The notes beneath the pieces are model-generated. The model was not told the DNA's origin and did no database searches. It saw only the letters and a program-made list of their open reading frames with translations. A stretch of 64,000 nt of DNA, taken from NCBI RefSeq assembly GCF_006345805.1, contig NC_043007.1, positions 35,278,001 to 35,342,000 of the forward strand, read 5' to 3'. The translations under genes and the position numbers were made by a program. Shown one piece after another: positions 1-12,800 of this stretch; positions within the stretch are counted from its first letter, which is position 1; the number at the start of each line of letters is the position of its first letter. Source of the DNA: Octopus sinensis. Taxonomy: Eukaryota.

Positions 1-168
1 CTTAATTTCAATCAGCATGTGTGAATCATCAGGCCATTGTTAGAAGTGTTTCCCAGCTTGCAGAATTGGATCTATATCTCATTCTCGGTCCACTGCCAAT
101 CAGGTTTTATGCTGGGCTTTCAATAAACTTGGTTTCGCATTCTTTACCTTTTCCTTTTTTTTCATCAT

Positions 169-326
169 TATTCGTCTTCATGTTCTGAGTTCAAATTCCG
201 CCGAGGACGACTTTGTCTTTCATCCTCACGGGGTCGATGAAATAAGTACAAGTTAAGCACTGGGGTACATGTAATCAACCAGTCTCCTCCCACAGAATTT
301 CAGGCTTTGTGCCTTTATTAGAAAGG

Positions 327-327
<1 letters not shown>
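169..327 (+). mobile_element. SINE family A (tRNA-related head + conserved central domain), 5'-truncated, tail type 2
   Basis: GTTCTGAGTTCAAATTCCGCC B-box region, CTTTCATCCT..GGGGTCGAT core shared with many copies in the window; ends in (ATT)n. Confidence 0.75.
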
Positions 328-390
<63 letters not shown>

Positions 391-391
<1 letters not shown>

Positions 392-848
392 GGGTACACC
401 AGGCACATGCAACACAACCATATGTGTGCGACACGATGATCTCATATCAAGATAAACAGCGCATAACCTTGCAGATGGGGCCCAGTTAGAATTTTCTTCA
501 TGTCGAGTAGCCCATCCCGCTCAAAAGTTCCCTGAATAAGGGTTGTTTAAGGATGTTAAACAAAACACCCATGTTTCCAAATGTGAATTATCCAAACCGC
601 AAAGAATTCTTCTCGACACATGGCTATGATGCTCCCCCACCACTTCTGCTCATGATCAGAGATGCACATATCGTCAGCCACTAAGGGACATGGTCAACTG
701 GTTATGGTCAAACAACTGACAAGCAAATCTGTGGTATTGAGCAGGATATTTGCTGTAGCCCATCTTTTATACCAAAACACAACAATGTACATGATAACAC
801 TTCCAATCAATTAAGATCAGAAGCCATGAGAGCCACTGCCGGGTATTC
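391..848. mobile_element. Non-coding (TAA)n-associated interspersed element, partial copy
   Basis: High similarity to 2342-2798; flanked by (ATT)n on both sides. Confidence 0.75.
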
Positions 849-860
849 CATATTATTACG

Positions 861-926
<66 letters not shown>

Positions 927-944
927 GTTATTATTATTAATAAT

Positions 945-1202
945 ATTATGGTTTTCTTTCATTATAACTTTATTTCAGCTGCCTTAGTACCCGGCATCCT
1001 CCAGAGGCCAAGAGTAGCAAAGGCACTTTTGTTTTGCTATGCATATTAAAATTATCACCACATTTATTCCATTTTAGATGGAGACTGCTTTCCGTAGTAT
1101 ATGGGCTCTAACCATCAAGGTTATCTTTTGTAGTTCACGGAGATTGCTTAATATACTTCTCAGCTCTCTTCTTTATAATTCCCAACGCACCAATTACTAC
1201 TG

Positions 1203-1204
<2 letters not shown>
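945..1204 (-). mobile_element. R4/Dong-like RLE non-LTR retrotransposon, 3' end fragment
   Basis: Minus strand reads PVVIGALGIIKK...ELQKITLMVRAHILRK (frameshifted), typical C-terminus of R4-clade ORF; bounded by (TAA)n. Confidence 0.7.
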
Positions 1205-1273
<69 letters not shown>

Positions 1274-1277
1274 ATTA

Positions 1278-1309
<32 letters not shown>

Positions 1310-1335
1310 TATTATTATTATTATTATCATTATCA

Positions 1336-1370
<35 letters not shown>

Positions 1371-2157
1371 AGTTTGACTTTTGCTTTGTATTTGTACAAG
1401 TTTACTCCAAGTCTCACACAGAGACTTCAAGAGAGAACAAGTTAGAAGTTCAAATTGGTGTTATGCCTAGGGTGTCATATATTTGGTTTGGCACATAGTA
1501 TTGTTTTAGAGAATGTTTAAGAAAACATAAGAAAATTATGAGTTTATTTTAAAATTTGAGATTACATAGACAGTATTTTACGTAGGATATGGGCAGTTCC
1601 CATGAGCACTATCTTTTAAATTTCTGCCATTTTGGGGTTTCCTGGTATCTGAGCTAGGTAGGAATTAGCCCCTTTTGTTATCATTTTGTGTCATACCTAT
1701 GACAACAGGTATTGCTTTAGTATTGAGGTTCCATATTTTGCCAATTTCTATTTCAAGAGCTATATACCTGATCAGTTTTTGGAAGGTCTTGACAGACACA
1801 TTTATGTCGATTGGAACAGTCATATGAATGAGGAGGCACGACTTATGTCTGAAGTCTTTCAATATAATGTCTGACCTTTTCGCGCGTCTATCTTTCTGTC
1901 AGTTTGAACGATGAAGTTCCGCAAGAGTGAGATGCGATCATTTTCAAGCACTGAAGGTGGTTTGTGTTCCCAACAGTTTTTACCATGGGGCAGGTCCAGA
2001 CATTTGCAAATTACCCAGTGAAAATATTTTGCTGTTCTTTCATGCCAGTTGAGATACTCTGTAGGCGCAAGAAGACTGCACATAGACAACATGATCAGCG
2101 GTTTCATTTTGTTGCTTACGAAAGAAGACTGCCAATGGAGATAATATGATCAATGGT
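1371..2157 (-). mobile_element. R4/Dong-like LINE 3' fragment (CCHC remnant + RLE endonuclease + 3'UTR)
   Basis: ORFs 1859-2107 (CSLLAPTEYLNWHER..HWVICK..WEHKP) and 1665-1862 (CLLI..VPIDINV..KL..Y..LEIEI..W..PVVIG); then KIVLMGTAHILRK. Confidence 0.85.
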
Positions 2158-2189
2158 TGCATTGTTATTATTATTATTTATTATTATTA

Positions 2190-2249
<60 letters not shown>

Positions 2250-2253
2250 CATT

Positions 2254-2910
<657 letters not shown>

Positions 2911-2924
2911 GCACAGCTTCTAAC

Positions 2925-3560
2925 GCTGGAGATGTACTACAGTATCAGCTGTTCACTACCAGTAAAATAATGTAACACCTCTTATTTTTCGAGCACCTTC
3001 CGGAGTATTCGAGTGGTTCCAAGCAGTGCTGTTTTCTGCGAGTGCTCCACCCTTATTGCAGCCCCTATTTGTTCCATGTGCTTCTCAAGGTTTTTATTCA
3101 CTATTCCCAGGGCTCCGACAATTACTGGTACTACTACCAACTTTTTCATCGACCACAGCTACTTTACCTCCCAAGGTAACATGTCATACCTATTGATATA
3201 AACTTTTCATCTGTACACTCTCCATTTATTTCTTTGTAAAATCTCTTCTGATCTACTCTGAATAACCTATTCTGCTGGTATCCCTTCATTCTTTGGTCTT
3301 ATCTTACCATATTTGCTTTCTTTGCAACTAGGCGCTGTTTCAGTTCCTCCATTGCCGCTTTAAAGCCCTTTCTTTCAATACCATACTTCCTCTTCAGTAC
3401 CCTGTATTTTTGTTCGCTTATAAGCTTCCCCTTCTCTTTTCGGTTTAACACAGAAATGTCCTTCAAGAGCATATCTAACCCCACCTGTATTCTTCTTTTC
3501 TACCATGGATCTTTTCTTTTGTCTCTCCCATTATATTTCTTTTTCTTTCTTTCTTTCTTC
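2925..3560 (-). mobile_element. R4/Dong-like LINE, internally deleted remnant
   Basis: EELKQRLVAKKA..QQNRLFRVDQKRFYKEING (pre-RT region) joined near 3200 to VVVPVIVGALG..QKTALLGTTRILRKVL (RLE C-terminus). Confidence 0.7.
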
Positions 3561-3568
3561 CTTTGTTA

Positions 3569-3628
<60 letters not shown>

Positions 3629-3667
3629 GATTATTATCATTATTATTATTATCGTTATCATTTATTT

Positions 3668-4150
3668 TTATAACGTACTTTCATTTCACTACCGAGCGCA
3701 GCTCTATGTGCCTTGATGTGATGCTCTTACTGAAAGTAACCATTTTTTTTTGCGTAGGATGTGTGCAGTGCCCAGTAGTGCAATTCTCTGTATGCTATAT
3801 ATATTTGTAAGTCCTGGTGTTTTCGTTATGTATTTGACTGAATATTTTTTATCATACCTAATGCGCCCACTATGATAGGAATTGTTTTTGTTTTTAGATT
3901 CCACATTCGAGTTACCTCTATTTCCAGGTCTTTGTATTTTGAAAGTTTCTCCATTTCTTTTAGAGACGCGTTGTCATCTGCTGGTATTGATACATCAATT
4001 AGAAAGCATTTTTTTCTTCATGATCTCTGACAACTATATCTGGTCTGTTGGTCTTAATTTCTCTATCTGTGTGTATTGGCATATCCCAGAGTATGGTTGC
4101 TTTCTCGTTTTCTGTGACCTTTTCTGGCGTGTGCTTATACCATCTTTTTT
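3668..4150 (-). mobile_element. R4/Dong-like LINE 3' fragment with RLE domain
   Basis: Minus frame WYKHTPEKVTENEKATILWDMPIHTDREIKTNRPDIVVRDH..CFLIDVSIPADDN..KYKDLEIEV..PIIVGALG: PD-(D/E)xK endonuclease. Confidence 0.9.
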
Positions 4151-4165
4151 CTGTTGTTGTTCCCT

Positions 4166-4240
<75 letters not shown>

Positions 4241-4298
4241 TTCATTAGAATCTTCTTTCAATTCTATTTCCATATCTGGCCGAGTGTCTTCCTGACAC
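4034..4298 (-). CDS. Candidate downstream exon (W)CQEDTRPDMEIELKEDSNEN(n)...
   Basis: Acceptor TTTCTCTGCACTAG|; only the phase-2 frame is open; runs into (AAT)n and a LINE fragment so may be spurious. Confidence 0.18.
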
Positions 4299-4444
4299 CT
4301 AGTGCAGAGAAACGTACTGTATGCATTTAGGCCATTAAAATAAACACACCAGATTGTTCATTTACAGAGTCATGTGATAGAGAAAAAGGCGAAGACTAAG
4401 AGAAAAAGGAAAAAAATTAAATAGTAAGCAAATAAAGCGGGGGA

Positions 4445-5560
4445 GAAAGGAAAATTCACAGCGACAATACCCTTCTCAACACGTGTGACGTACCAGTTAA
4501 GACAATCTTTTGAACTTCCGGCATGGATGGTAAGCCAGGGATCATTCTTAAATAATTTTCTATTCCTTTTTTGAACATTCCAAGTGCTACTACAATCACT
4601 GGTATTGTAACCGTCTTGAAATGCCACATCTTTTCGATTTCGGTAAGCAAATCTTTATATTTTCTGAGCTTATCAAATTCTTTTGCCGAGATATTATGGT
4701 CACAGGATATGCTCATGTCAATCAATAAACAGATTTTATTGTTTTGGTCTTTCACGACAATATCTTGTTTATTTGCTTTGGTAGTCCGGTCCTTACATAC
4801 TGAGAAGTCTCAAAGAATAGTTACATTTTCTGCCTCAGTTACAGCCTTAGGGTGGTGCTTGTACCATTTGTCAGCAGTTTTGATTTTATAATGCTGACAC
4901 ATTATCCAAACTAGATACTGGCCAACTTTGTCATGTCTTGATTTGTACTCTACAGGTTCTAAAACTTTACATCCAGAGATTAGGTGGTCCACTGTTTCTA
5001 TCCCATCGTTGCAGTATCGGCACTTTGGGTCTACACCATTTTCTATCACATTGGCTTGATAGTTCTGCAACAGTAAGCTCTGATCTTGGACAGCCAAGAT
5101 AAATCCTTCACCTTCTACCTTTAGCCCTGAGCTCCGTAGCCACTGATGGGTGTGCTCCTGGTCTACATCAGCGTGTTTACTACGGGCTACATATTACCAT
5201 GCAGAGGTATTTGTTCCCACCTATCACCCAATTGTTCAAATGCATTTTGCTTTGCTATTGATTTCACCTTCTTTGCAACTAAAGTTGCTGCACTTCAATC
5301 ATGCTGTTCAACCTGGATATTATGCATAAACTCACTTGAAACTATTTTTCTCTCCTTCACAATAGAATGAAGCTTCTTATGTCTTCCATGGTTTTCAATG
5401 GCTTTTTATGTTTTTTCATGGTCTTCCATGGTTTTTCATGGTTTAGCATCCAGGCGTTAGATGTTTCAAGATATTTTGCCAGTCCAATTGTGATGGTTTT
5501 GTAGGAGATTTCAAATTGGATCAAGCCTCGACCTCCTTGAGCCCCGAGTAGAATCATTAT
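4445..5560 (-). mobile_element. R4/Dong-like LINE 3' fragment (RT thumb, CCHC, RLE), different subfamily
   Basis: GGRGLIQFE..YK..TIGL..YL (5357-5557); KCRYCNDGIETVDHLISGC..EYKSRHDKVG (4810-5097); CLLIDMSIS..KYKDLLTEIEKMW (4456-4755). Confidence 0.9.
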
Positions 5561-5566
5561 TATTAG

Positions 5567-5597
<31 letters not shown>

Positions 5598-5642
5598 ATT
5601 ATTCTTGTTGTTCTTATTGTTATTATTATTATTATTATTATT

Positions 5643-6150
5643 CAGTAGTTTTATTTTTATAGCGTGCTTTCACTTCACTACCGAGCGCAGCTCTGTGTGC
5701 CTTGGGTATGTGCTGTGATGCTCTGATGGTTATTGTATGGAAAGTGTTCTGCGTAGGATGTGTGCAGTGCCTAGTAGTGAAATTTTCTGTATGTTATATG
5801 TGTTTGTAAGTCCTGGTGTTTTTGTTATGTATTTGTCTGAATATTTTTTATCATGCCTAATGCACCTACTATGATAGGAATTGTTTCTGTTTTCAGATTC
5901 CACATTCTAGTTACCTCTATTTCCAGGTCTTTGTATTTTGAGAGTTTCTCCATTTCTTTTAGAGAAACGTTGTCATCTGCCGGTATTGATACATCAATTA
6001 GAAAGTATTTTTTTCTTCATGATCTCTGACAACTATATCTGGTCTGTTGGCCTTAATTTCTCTATCTGTGTGTATCGGCATATCCCAGAGTATGGTTGCT
6101 TTCTCGTTTTCTGTGACCTTTTCTGGTGTGTGCCTATACCATCTTTTTTC
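5643..6150 (-). mobile_element. R4/Dong-like LINE 3' fragment, same family as 3668-4150
   Basis: Colinear with 3668-4150 including 3'UTR CACTACCGAGCGCAGCTCT; flanked by (ATT)n. Confidence 0.9.
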
Positions 6151-6601
6151 ATCATTATTATTATTATTATTATTTTCAATACATCAAAGCAAGATAAACA
6201 TATTTTCCATGATTATTAACAGTACGGACAAACTAGTTAATTAACATTACTTACGCGCTGAGAAAAAGAAAACATTTGTCCAGTTGACATTTTTATCTGA
6301 AGAAAGTTTGTTAACTTTTGGGATACGCTTTGGTCTTATTAAAGCTTCTCAGCGAAACATTTATCTTCTAATTTCACGTCAATATTAATAGAGTGAAATT
6401 TTTTTTATAATGGCACAAAATTAGAAATATTTAAGATGGAATGCGCAACAGAAAAAGTCTGAAATTGCACGCTTCCTATTTTCCTTTTCTGATAAAGTTG
6501 TGGGGAGGCTTTATCATTGTCGTCGTCGTAGTTCTTTTAGTTCCAGGTGTATTTTTGACAGTGTGTTCTGTCGAACTCCATCGTAAGTATATCTGGCTCT
6601 C

Positions 6602-6898
6602 TGGAGGCACATGACCTAGTGGTTAGAGCAGCGGATTCGCAGTCTAGGGATCACGGGTTCGAATCTCAGACTAGGCGATGTGTGTGTTTATGAATGAAAC
6701 ACCTAAGCTCCACGCGGCTCCGGCAGAAGGTAATGGCGAGCTTCTGCTGACTCTTTCGCCACAACTTTCTCTCTTTCCTCCTCCATCTTGCAGCTCATCT
6801 GCGACGGACCGGCGCCCCATCCAGGTGGGAAACCTATACGCTAAGGAAACCGGGAAACCGGCCCTAATGAGCCAGGGATGGCTCGAGAAGGAACTAAC
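6602..6898 (+). mobile_element. SINE family C (tRNA-derived head)
   Basis: A box TGACCTAGTGG, B box GGTTCGAATC; body matches 15292-15590. Confidence 0.85.
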
Positions 6899-6974
6899 AT
6901 ATCTGGTTCTATTTAGTCCTTCCACATTTGATAATAAATCTTCTCAATTGGGGCCAGTCAGAGTATATGCCTTT

Positions 6975-7290
6975 AGTAGTAGGAATCCGTCGGTCTCGCG
7001 AGGCCATATATCTGCGCCTGGGCAATTCGTGTCAGCTACTGATCGTGGTGCAGCGTCTGTTGTGGCTGTACAGGCCCACACGGGAGTGACAGTCATGCAT
7101 GCAGCGACTGCATTTGAATAAGCTCTCTACCGGCGCTACAGGCTTTTCCTTCCTTCGGGTACGCTTTTCCTTGGTGGCAAGTTCCAGTTTCTCTTTCCCT
7201 CGCTTCACCTCCTTTTGCAGTATTTGACTCCTGCGTGGGCGATCATTTGCGATCTCCTCCCATCTCAGGACGTTCAGATCTACCTTCATG
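6975..7290 (-). mobile_element. RTE-clade LINE 3' end
   Basis: ORF 7032-7289: WEEIANDRPR...FKCSRCMHDCHSRVGLYSHNRRC, the RTE/BovB-type C-terminal CxxC..SRxGLxSH motif. Confidence 0.85.
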
Positions 7291-8086
7291 GGGGGGGGAA
7301 ATGCCTATAACAAAATCCGCTTCAACAAAAGACATCGCTAAAGTTTTTTCTTTCTTTTCGGAAAACTTATTTTTTTCAGTGGGAATTATTTTCAAAAGAA
7401 GTGTAGGAACAAAATAATAAAGTATTGTTGCAGTCCTCTTTCATCTTCCATAACAAAACTTGTGAGTTGCGAAAATTTTGCTGTTTGTAGTTTCGTCGCC
7501 TGAAATGCGAGAGGTGATTAGGTACAAGTTCTGCAGTATTTTAAGAATACTTTCGAGTGACTCGGTAAACAAAATCTTCAGTCACAAAAGAAAGCTTCTC
7601 GAAAACAATAAGGGAAGTTGCCAACTATCTGTAGTCAGTTTGCATTTAAACAAAGAGGCTCAAACAGAACGCAAATACGTTGGGAATGTTCTCAAAGAAT
7701 AGTAAAATATTGCAAACTGAAACAATTACTTTCTGCAACGAAATAAAAGAACAACGTAATGAACAGTTTGAACAACGGGTTTAACCGCTCGTATTGTTTC
7801 GCATGCCATACGTCAACAAATAAAGGGGGAAATTGGAGAAAAAAGTCACAGGAAAACTTCACTGAATGACTGATTTAATTATTTGTGCATTGTTATGCTT
7901 AAGATGTTGCAAATAACGTTTGATTTTATGCACACATATTTAATGCCATTCTATAAATTGTGTTGTTACTGCATACAAATTGTGCAGATTCAGTTGAAAA
8001 GCACACTTAAAATATTTATGACATTTAAATAAAATGTGACATTTTGTGCTGTACCCTTTTTATACTACAACTATTTTTTATGACTA

Positions 8087-8481
8087 CTAGCAGTATCGCC
8101 CGGCGTTGCTCGGGTTTGTAAGGGAAATAACTATATAAGCATTTTTAGAGATGTAAAGTATAATAGCCATCTCAATATGGCTAACCACAAAGGGGGAGTG
8201 TTACTGTAGCTTTTTACGTTCTGAGATTTAATAATACATTTTTAGAGAGTTACTTCCCTTATATATGCCAAAAATGCATTAAAAATGGGAAAAAATGATG
8301 GTAATTTTTTTTTAAATCGTAGACTCATCGTAGACGCGCGCTAATACCCAGAAGGGCTCGATATGAATCACGACTATAAGATACCCGCTTTTGGTTAAAC
8401 TGCACCACAAAATGTGGGAGTAGTTATGAATCTAAATTGTAGGAGACAGACACCACACAACCTCACTTTTATATATAGAGA
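8087..8481 (-). mobile_element. Non-autonomous Helitron-like element
   Basis: Minus strand 5' A|TC (8481), 3' CTAG|T (8087) preceded by CCCG-AGCAACGC-CGGG hairpin; no TSD; same termini at 40336-40729. Confidence 0.7.
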
Positions 8482-8873
8482 TTTCCGTTCACCATGTTAA
8501 CAACTACTTGAAGTTTGCTGTACTGACTATTTCAGGTTTAGGAACAAGTATTGCCAAAAGAGAACGGATCTCTCCGAGAATCGGGGTATATCAGTGATGA
8601 ATAGAAAAAAATTGAAACCAGAAAGGTACTCGAGAATACGAGAATATTCTCATTTATGTCATGGATTTGAATTCTGACAGATAGTCATTATCTTCAATCA
8701 ACCAGGCCCAGGAATATTTTTATCCGCAATACTACAAGGCTTGTTACCCCAGAGTCATTTGCTCGGGTATGTGGGTATACTTTTCTCTTCGTAAAATCAT
8801 AGTCAGCCTCTAAAGGACTTCTTTGGAAAATCTTGAACAAAAATGTTAATCTGGAATCCAATCGACTTCTCAC

Positions 8874-8960
8874 CATCGACTTTGAACGTACCACAATCGA
8901 TATTGACTTGACATTTCTAATACCACAGTTGTCAAATCGTAGCTGTTTATACTATCTGCT
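8874..8960 (-). CDS. Candidate internal 87-nt phase 2-2 exon (R)ADSINSYDLTTVVLEMSSQYRLWYVQSR(W)
   Basis: Pyrimidine-rich acceptor ..CTGTTTCTGTGAACTTTAG|, donor TG|GTGAGA, length multiple of 3, open in the phase predicted by the 11594 donor. Confidence 0.3.
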
Positions 8961-9609
8961 CTAAAGTTCACAGAAACAGGTGTAAAGCTTAGCATTCATT
9001 GCTGAATTAGGAGTGATAAATGAAAAGAAACATTTTTGTGGTTTGTTGGATGGATTGCTTTTATACATATAGACCAAGGGGCGGCGAACCGGGATAAATC
9101 ACCCCAAGTGAGGTAAAAATGAAATTTTGGGGTGTAATGAGGACTGTTCCTTGTTATCTATGATTTTCTTCCTTTCGGCTCAAGGGGGCAACGTCGGCGT
9201 AAATAAATATATATTTAGGGTTATTGGTTAAAAAGTACTCCGACTCCTGCTATAGACGAAATAGTTAATTGGCTACATTCCCAGCGGTACGTTATATCAT
9301 TGCACAGGACACTTTATTTCATGTCCCTCCAGACCACTCAGCTGGCAAAAATTAGTAGTACCTGTTTCAAAGGGCTAGTTTTTTACATTCTGTCATGCTG
9401 AATCTCCCTGAGAACTGCGTTCAGGATACGCGTATCTGTGGATTGCACGTTAATTATTTCACGACCAGGTTGATCCGTTGATCAACAGTCAGTACCGACA
9501 GTCAGTACCGTGTCTGAATAGATGTCTAGTGAATTATTTCAGAAGCAACAATGTGTTTGGAACATATCGTATCCAGCCACTAACACTTCTTAGTGAAATA
9601 TTTCCTAAC

Positions 9610-9775
9610 AGGAGTGGCTGTGTGGTAAGTAGCTTGCTTACCAACCACATGGTTCCGGGTTCAGTCCCACTGCGTGGCACCTTGGGTAAGTGTCTTCTAC
9701 TATAACCTCGGGCCGACCGAAGCCTTGTGAGTGGATTTGGTAGGCGGAAACTGAAAAAAGCCCGTCGTATATATG

Positions 9776-9859
<84 letters not shown>

Positions 9860-10049
9860 TTTGTCCCACCAACATCGCTTGACAACCGATTTTGGTGTGT
9901 TTACGTCCTCGTAACTTAACGGTTCGGCAAAAGAGACCGATAGAATAAGTACTAGGCTTACAAAGAATAAGTCCTGGGGGTCGATTTGCTCGACTAAAGG
10001 TGCAGTCAAATGACTGAAACAAGTAAAAGAGTAAAAAGAGTAAAGAGAG
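9610..10049 (+). mobile_element. SINE family B with internal (AT)/(GT)n
   Basis: GGAGTGGCTGTGTGGTAAG head, GGGTTCAGTCCC B box, (AAAGAGT)n tail; many copies in window. Confidence 0.9.
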
Positions 10050-10151
10050 TTCCTCAGGCAAACAACGATGAAGAAGCTTGCAACAACAACTAACGTGGGA
10101 GTTGCGACAAAGAAAAGATCAGGCTTTCGGCATTTTCGTGGTATGACACCA

Positions 10152-10977
10152 ATAGAACGAAATGAAAGTGACATGAAGTTGCAGTGACAACGTTTGAGGA
10201 ATTCGTTTAACTTTGTGAATAAAACAATGACCTTGGAGGAACTTTTGAATGGCGTCGAGCTAAAATGAACTTTAAATGAACCTAGAACGCGTAGGTGAAA
10301 TTTTACAATATTGATTGTTTCGGTTTCCAAAGAAACAGTAGAATTAGGTTCGGATCTTTTCGGTTTGAACGGCAGTTTTTAACATAATTTCTAGGTAACT
10401 AAAAAATTTCAAACTTCGTATACTGGTAGAATGTGTTTATAAAAACATCTTTTTCTCTTGGCTTTATTGAGAAAATTCTATAGTTTGTAAGATATTTGTT
10501 GTTGTTTTCTTCAATTTCTTCAATTTCTGCAATTTCAACCAATCACTGACGTCCATTGAGGTAAACAACATTCTGTGCCGTATGTATATGTCCCTCGTTT
10601 AAGAAACAGATTGGGTTTATTTACATTTGTGAAGAAAAAAAAGATACCCTTCCCCCACCCCTAACCCTAACCCTAAAACAGATTGAAATGCAATAGCTCG
10701 ATACTAGGGTCATAATTATGGGTGACAATTTCATATGACACCGCTAGAAAATCTGCCGTTCAAACGGAAAAGATCCATAGAACGAAATGAAAGTGACATA
10801 AAATCGTAGTGACAACGTTTGAGGAATTCGTTTGACTTTGTGAATAAAAACAATGACCTTGGAGGAACATTTGAATGGCGTCGAGCTAAAATGAACTTTA
10901 AATGAACCTAGAACACGTATGTGAAATTTTACAATATTGATTGTTTCGGTTTCCAAAGAAACAGTAGTATTAGGTTC
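10152..10977 (+). repeat. ~200-bp direct duplication (10152-10351 and 10777-10977) flanking a MITE
   Basis: ATAGAACGAAATGAAAGTGAC...TAGGTTC occurs on both sides of the MITE; explains duplicated METETINIVKFH ORF starts. Confidence 0.9.
10352..10776. mobile_element. Merlin-like MITE with internal (CCCTAA)n
   Basis: TIR GGATCTTTTCGGTTTGAACGGCAG / CTGCCGTTCAAACGGAAAAGATCC; near-copy at 56593-57018. Confidence 0.85.
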
Positions 10978-11593
10978 TGTTTATAAAGATCATTTTTACG
11001 ATTGTGTAAATATTTTTTTACATAAACCAGTAAAACAGTGAGCTATAAATTTACAATGCAAGTGTTAATGCCTGTACAACTGTACAATACTTATAAGGTC
11101 TTCTTTGTTGGCGTTTTATCAAATAACAGCCACATTCACTGCTGATTACGTTGCCTGGGTAACGTAATCAAATTTAGGCTATTTAGAGCATTGTCTCTTG
11201 CGAAAATTCTGGGCAGTTAAAAGACTTCATTATATGGGTGTCCTTCATGATACATATCGAAAATTATATAATCATTAAACTGTTTTATTCTTTTGTGGTT
11301 TATCTTTATCGAAAATTTTTATCATTACGCATTTATTTTGAGGTACTTTTTTATTCTCGGGTCTTTTGTCCTATTCTACATTTCACTGGAATTTTTTTAT
11401 TTTTTAATTGATCCTTCCGATTTGTCCGTGAGAGATTTGTCCTGGCCTGGGGGGATAATGTCCTACACTCGTGTATACACGTTAAGCAATCTCTCTCAAC
11501 ACACACACACATCAGTGAACAAACAGTCAATTCTAGACATTTTTCAGTTAATCTAGTAGATACAGCGTCCAGCTGGTGTCGGTGATGGCGTAC

Positions 11594-11610
11594 CTAGTTT
11601 TTCTCCCCAT
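11594..11610 (-). CDS. Candidate first coding exon MGRKT(R), phase-2 donor AG|GTACGC
   Basis: ATG GGG AGA AAA ACT AG followed by GTACGC; identical mirror copy at 16926-16942 on +; no homology evidence. Confidence 0.25.
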
Positions 11611-11701
11611 AGTCTCTCTTTTTCTCTCTCTATTGTATAGTTATTGATTCACTTTACAGTCTGGTAGGCGCGCACTGTCAGTACACGACTAGAAAGCATG
11701 A

Positions 11702-11721
11702 TGGAAAATTCCATGACGTAA
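11702..11721. promoter_or_regulatory. Adjacent Rel/NF-kB- or NFAT5-like site (TGGAAAATTCCA) and CRE/bZIP-like site (TGACGTAA)
   Basis: Motif match only; lies in the conserved inverted block about 90-110 bp upstream of a candidate ATG; mirror copy 16815-16834. Confidence 0.35.
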
Positions 11722-12014
11722 TACATAGTTCTAAGCTCTACTTCCCCTTCTACAGCGAGTAAATAATGTCTGCCAAATAGCTTGCTTTTATCTCTACGCT
11801 TCTAATCAATTTTTCTTTTTCAAGTAGCTGTTCATTCGTTTATTTATTTTTTCCTTCCTTTATTTATTTCTGTCCTCCCTTCATGCAGCTTTGGTCTCTT
11901 ATGCTTTCATTTCACTTTTCCGTTTGATGGTGAAAATCTTGTTTTATTTCTCTTCTTTCATCGGTTCGTAAATGAAAGAGATGAGCTGGAGGGCCATAAA
12001 GAGACGACACAAGT

Positions 12015-12449
<435 letters not shown>

Positions 12450-12450
<1 letters not shown>

Positions 12451-12800
12451 TGTTTGTTATTTGTGTTGTGTATTTTATTCCCATAGTTTGTTTTCAGGAG
12501 ACATCATCCTTTGTGCTTTTGGTAATTTTCCTTTCCCTTGTCGACACCAGTACAATTAAGGTGCGACTGTTGCATACGGTCGATAGAATCGTCTCTCTCA
12601 CAAGTGATTCCTGCTCGGTCAGAGAGACACTATCTTGTAACAATCATCAGTCATTAGAGAGCTTCTCTCCTTGTTGATATTGGCATGGTTAAGGAGTGCA
12701 TTATCGAATTGTCACCCAGCTGTTTCTCTGTCTCCCTGCCGTTTCTATCACATACAATCAACAAAATGTTTCTGTATCTGGTCATATCAGAAGAATTATA
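12450..12800. repeat. Diverged inner part of inverted duplication (partner ~15950-16340)
   Basis: Shared blocks e.g. rc CACTCCTTAACCATGCCAATATCAACAAGGAGAGAAGCTCTCTAAT vs CACTCCTTAATTATGTCAATATCAATTGGGAGACAAGCTCTCTAAT, and CCTTAATTGTACTGGTGTCG. Confidence 0.75.

Larger units (their letters stand above)
11513..11844. repeat. Left arm of 332-bp near-perfect inverted repeat (partner 16692-17023)
   Basis: Manual alignment to reverse complement of 16692-17023 shows one substitution in 332 bp. Confidence 0.95.

Noticed and set aside
6602-6680. tRNA-like sequences at SINE heads (also 15292, 24420-24492, 39460-39528, 41210-41279)
   Set aside because: No complete cloverleaf; continuous with SINE bodies, so not tRNA genes
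7330-7830. Possible hAT/Buster transposase remnant (SGDETTNS; LLFC)
   Set aside because: Motifs too degraded to support by eye
8527-8915. ~129-codon minus frame interrupted only by TGA (also + frame 10050-10350), suggesting TGA recoding or a NUMT
   Set aside because: No similarity to mitochondrial proteins; several such runs are expected by chance in 64 kb, and CGA>TGA decay explains TGA bias
9638-10330. 230-aa ORF
   Set aside because: Runs antisense through SINE B and a (GT)n tract; start lies in the 200-bp duplication; no domain recognised
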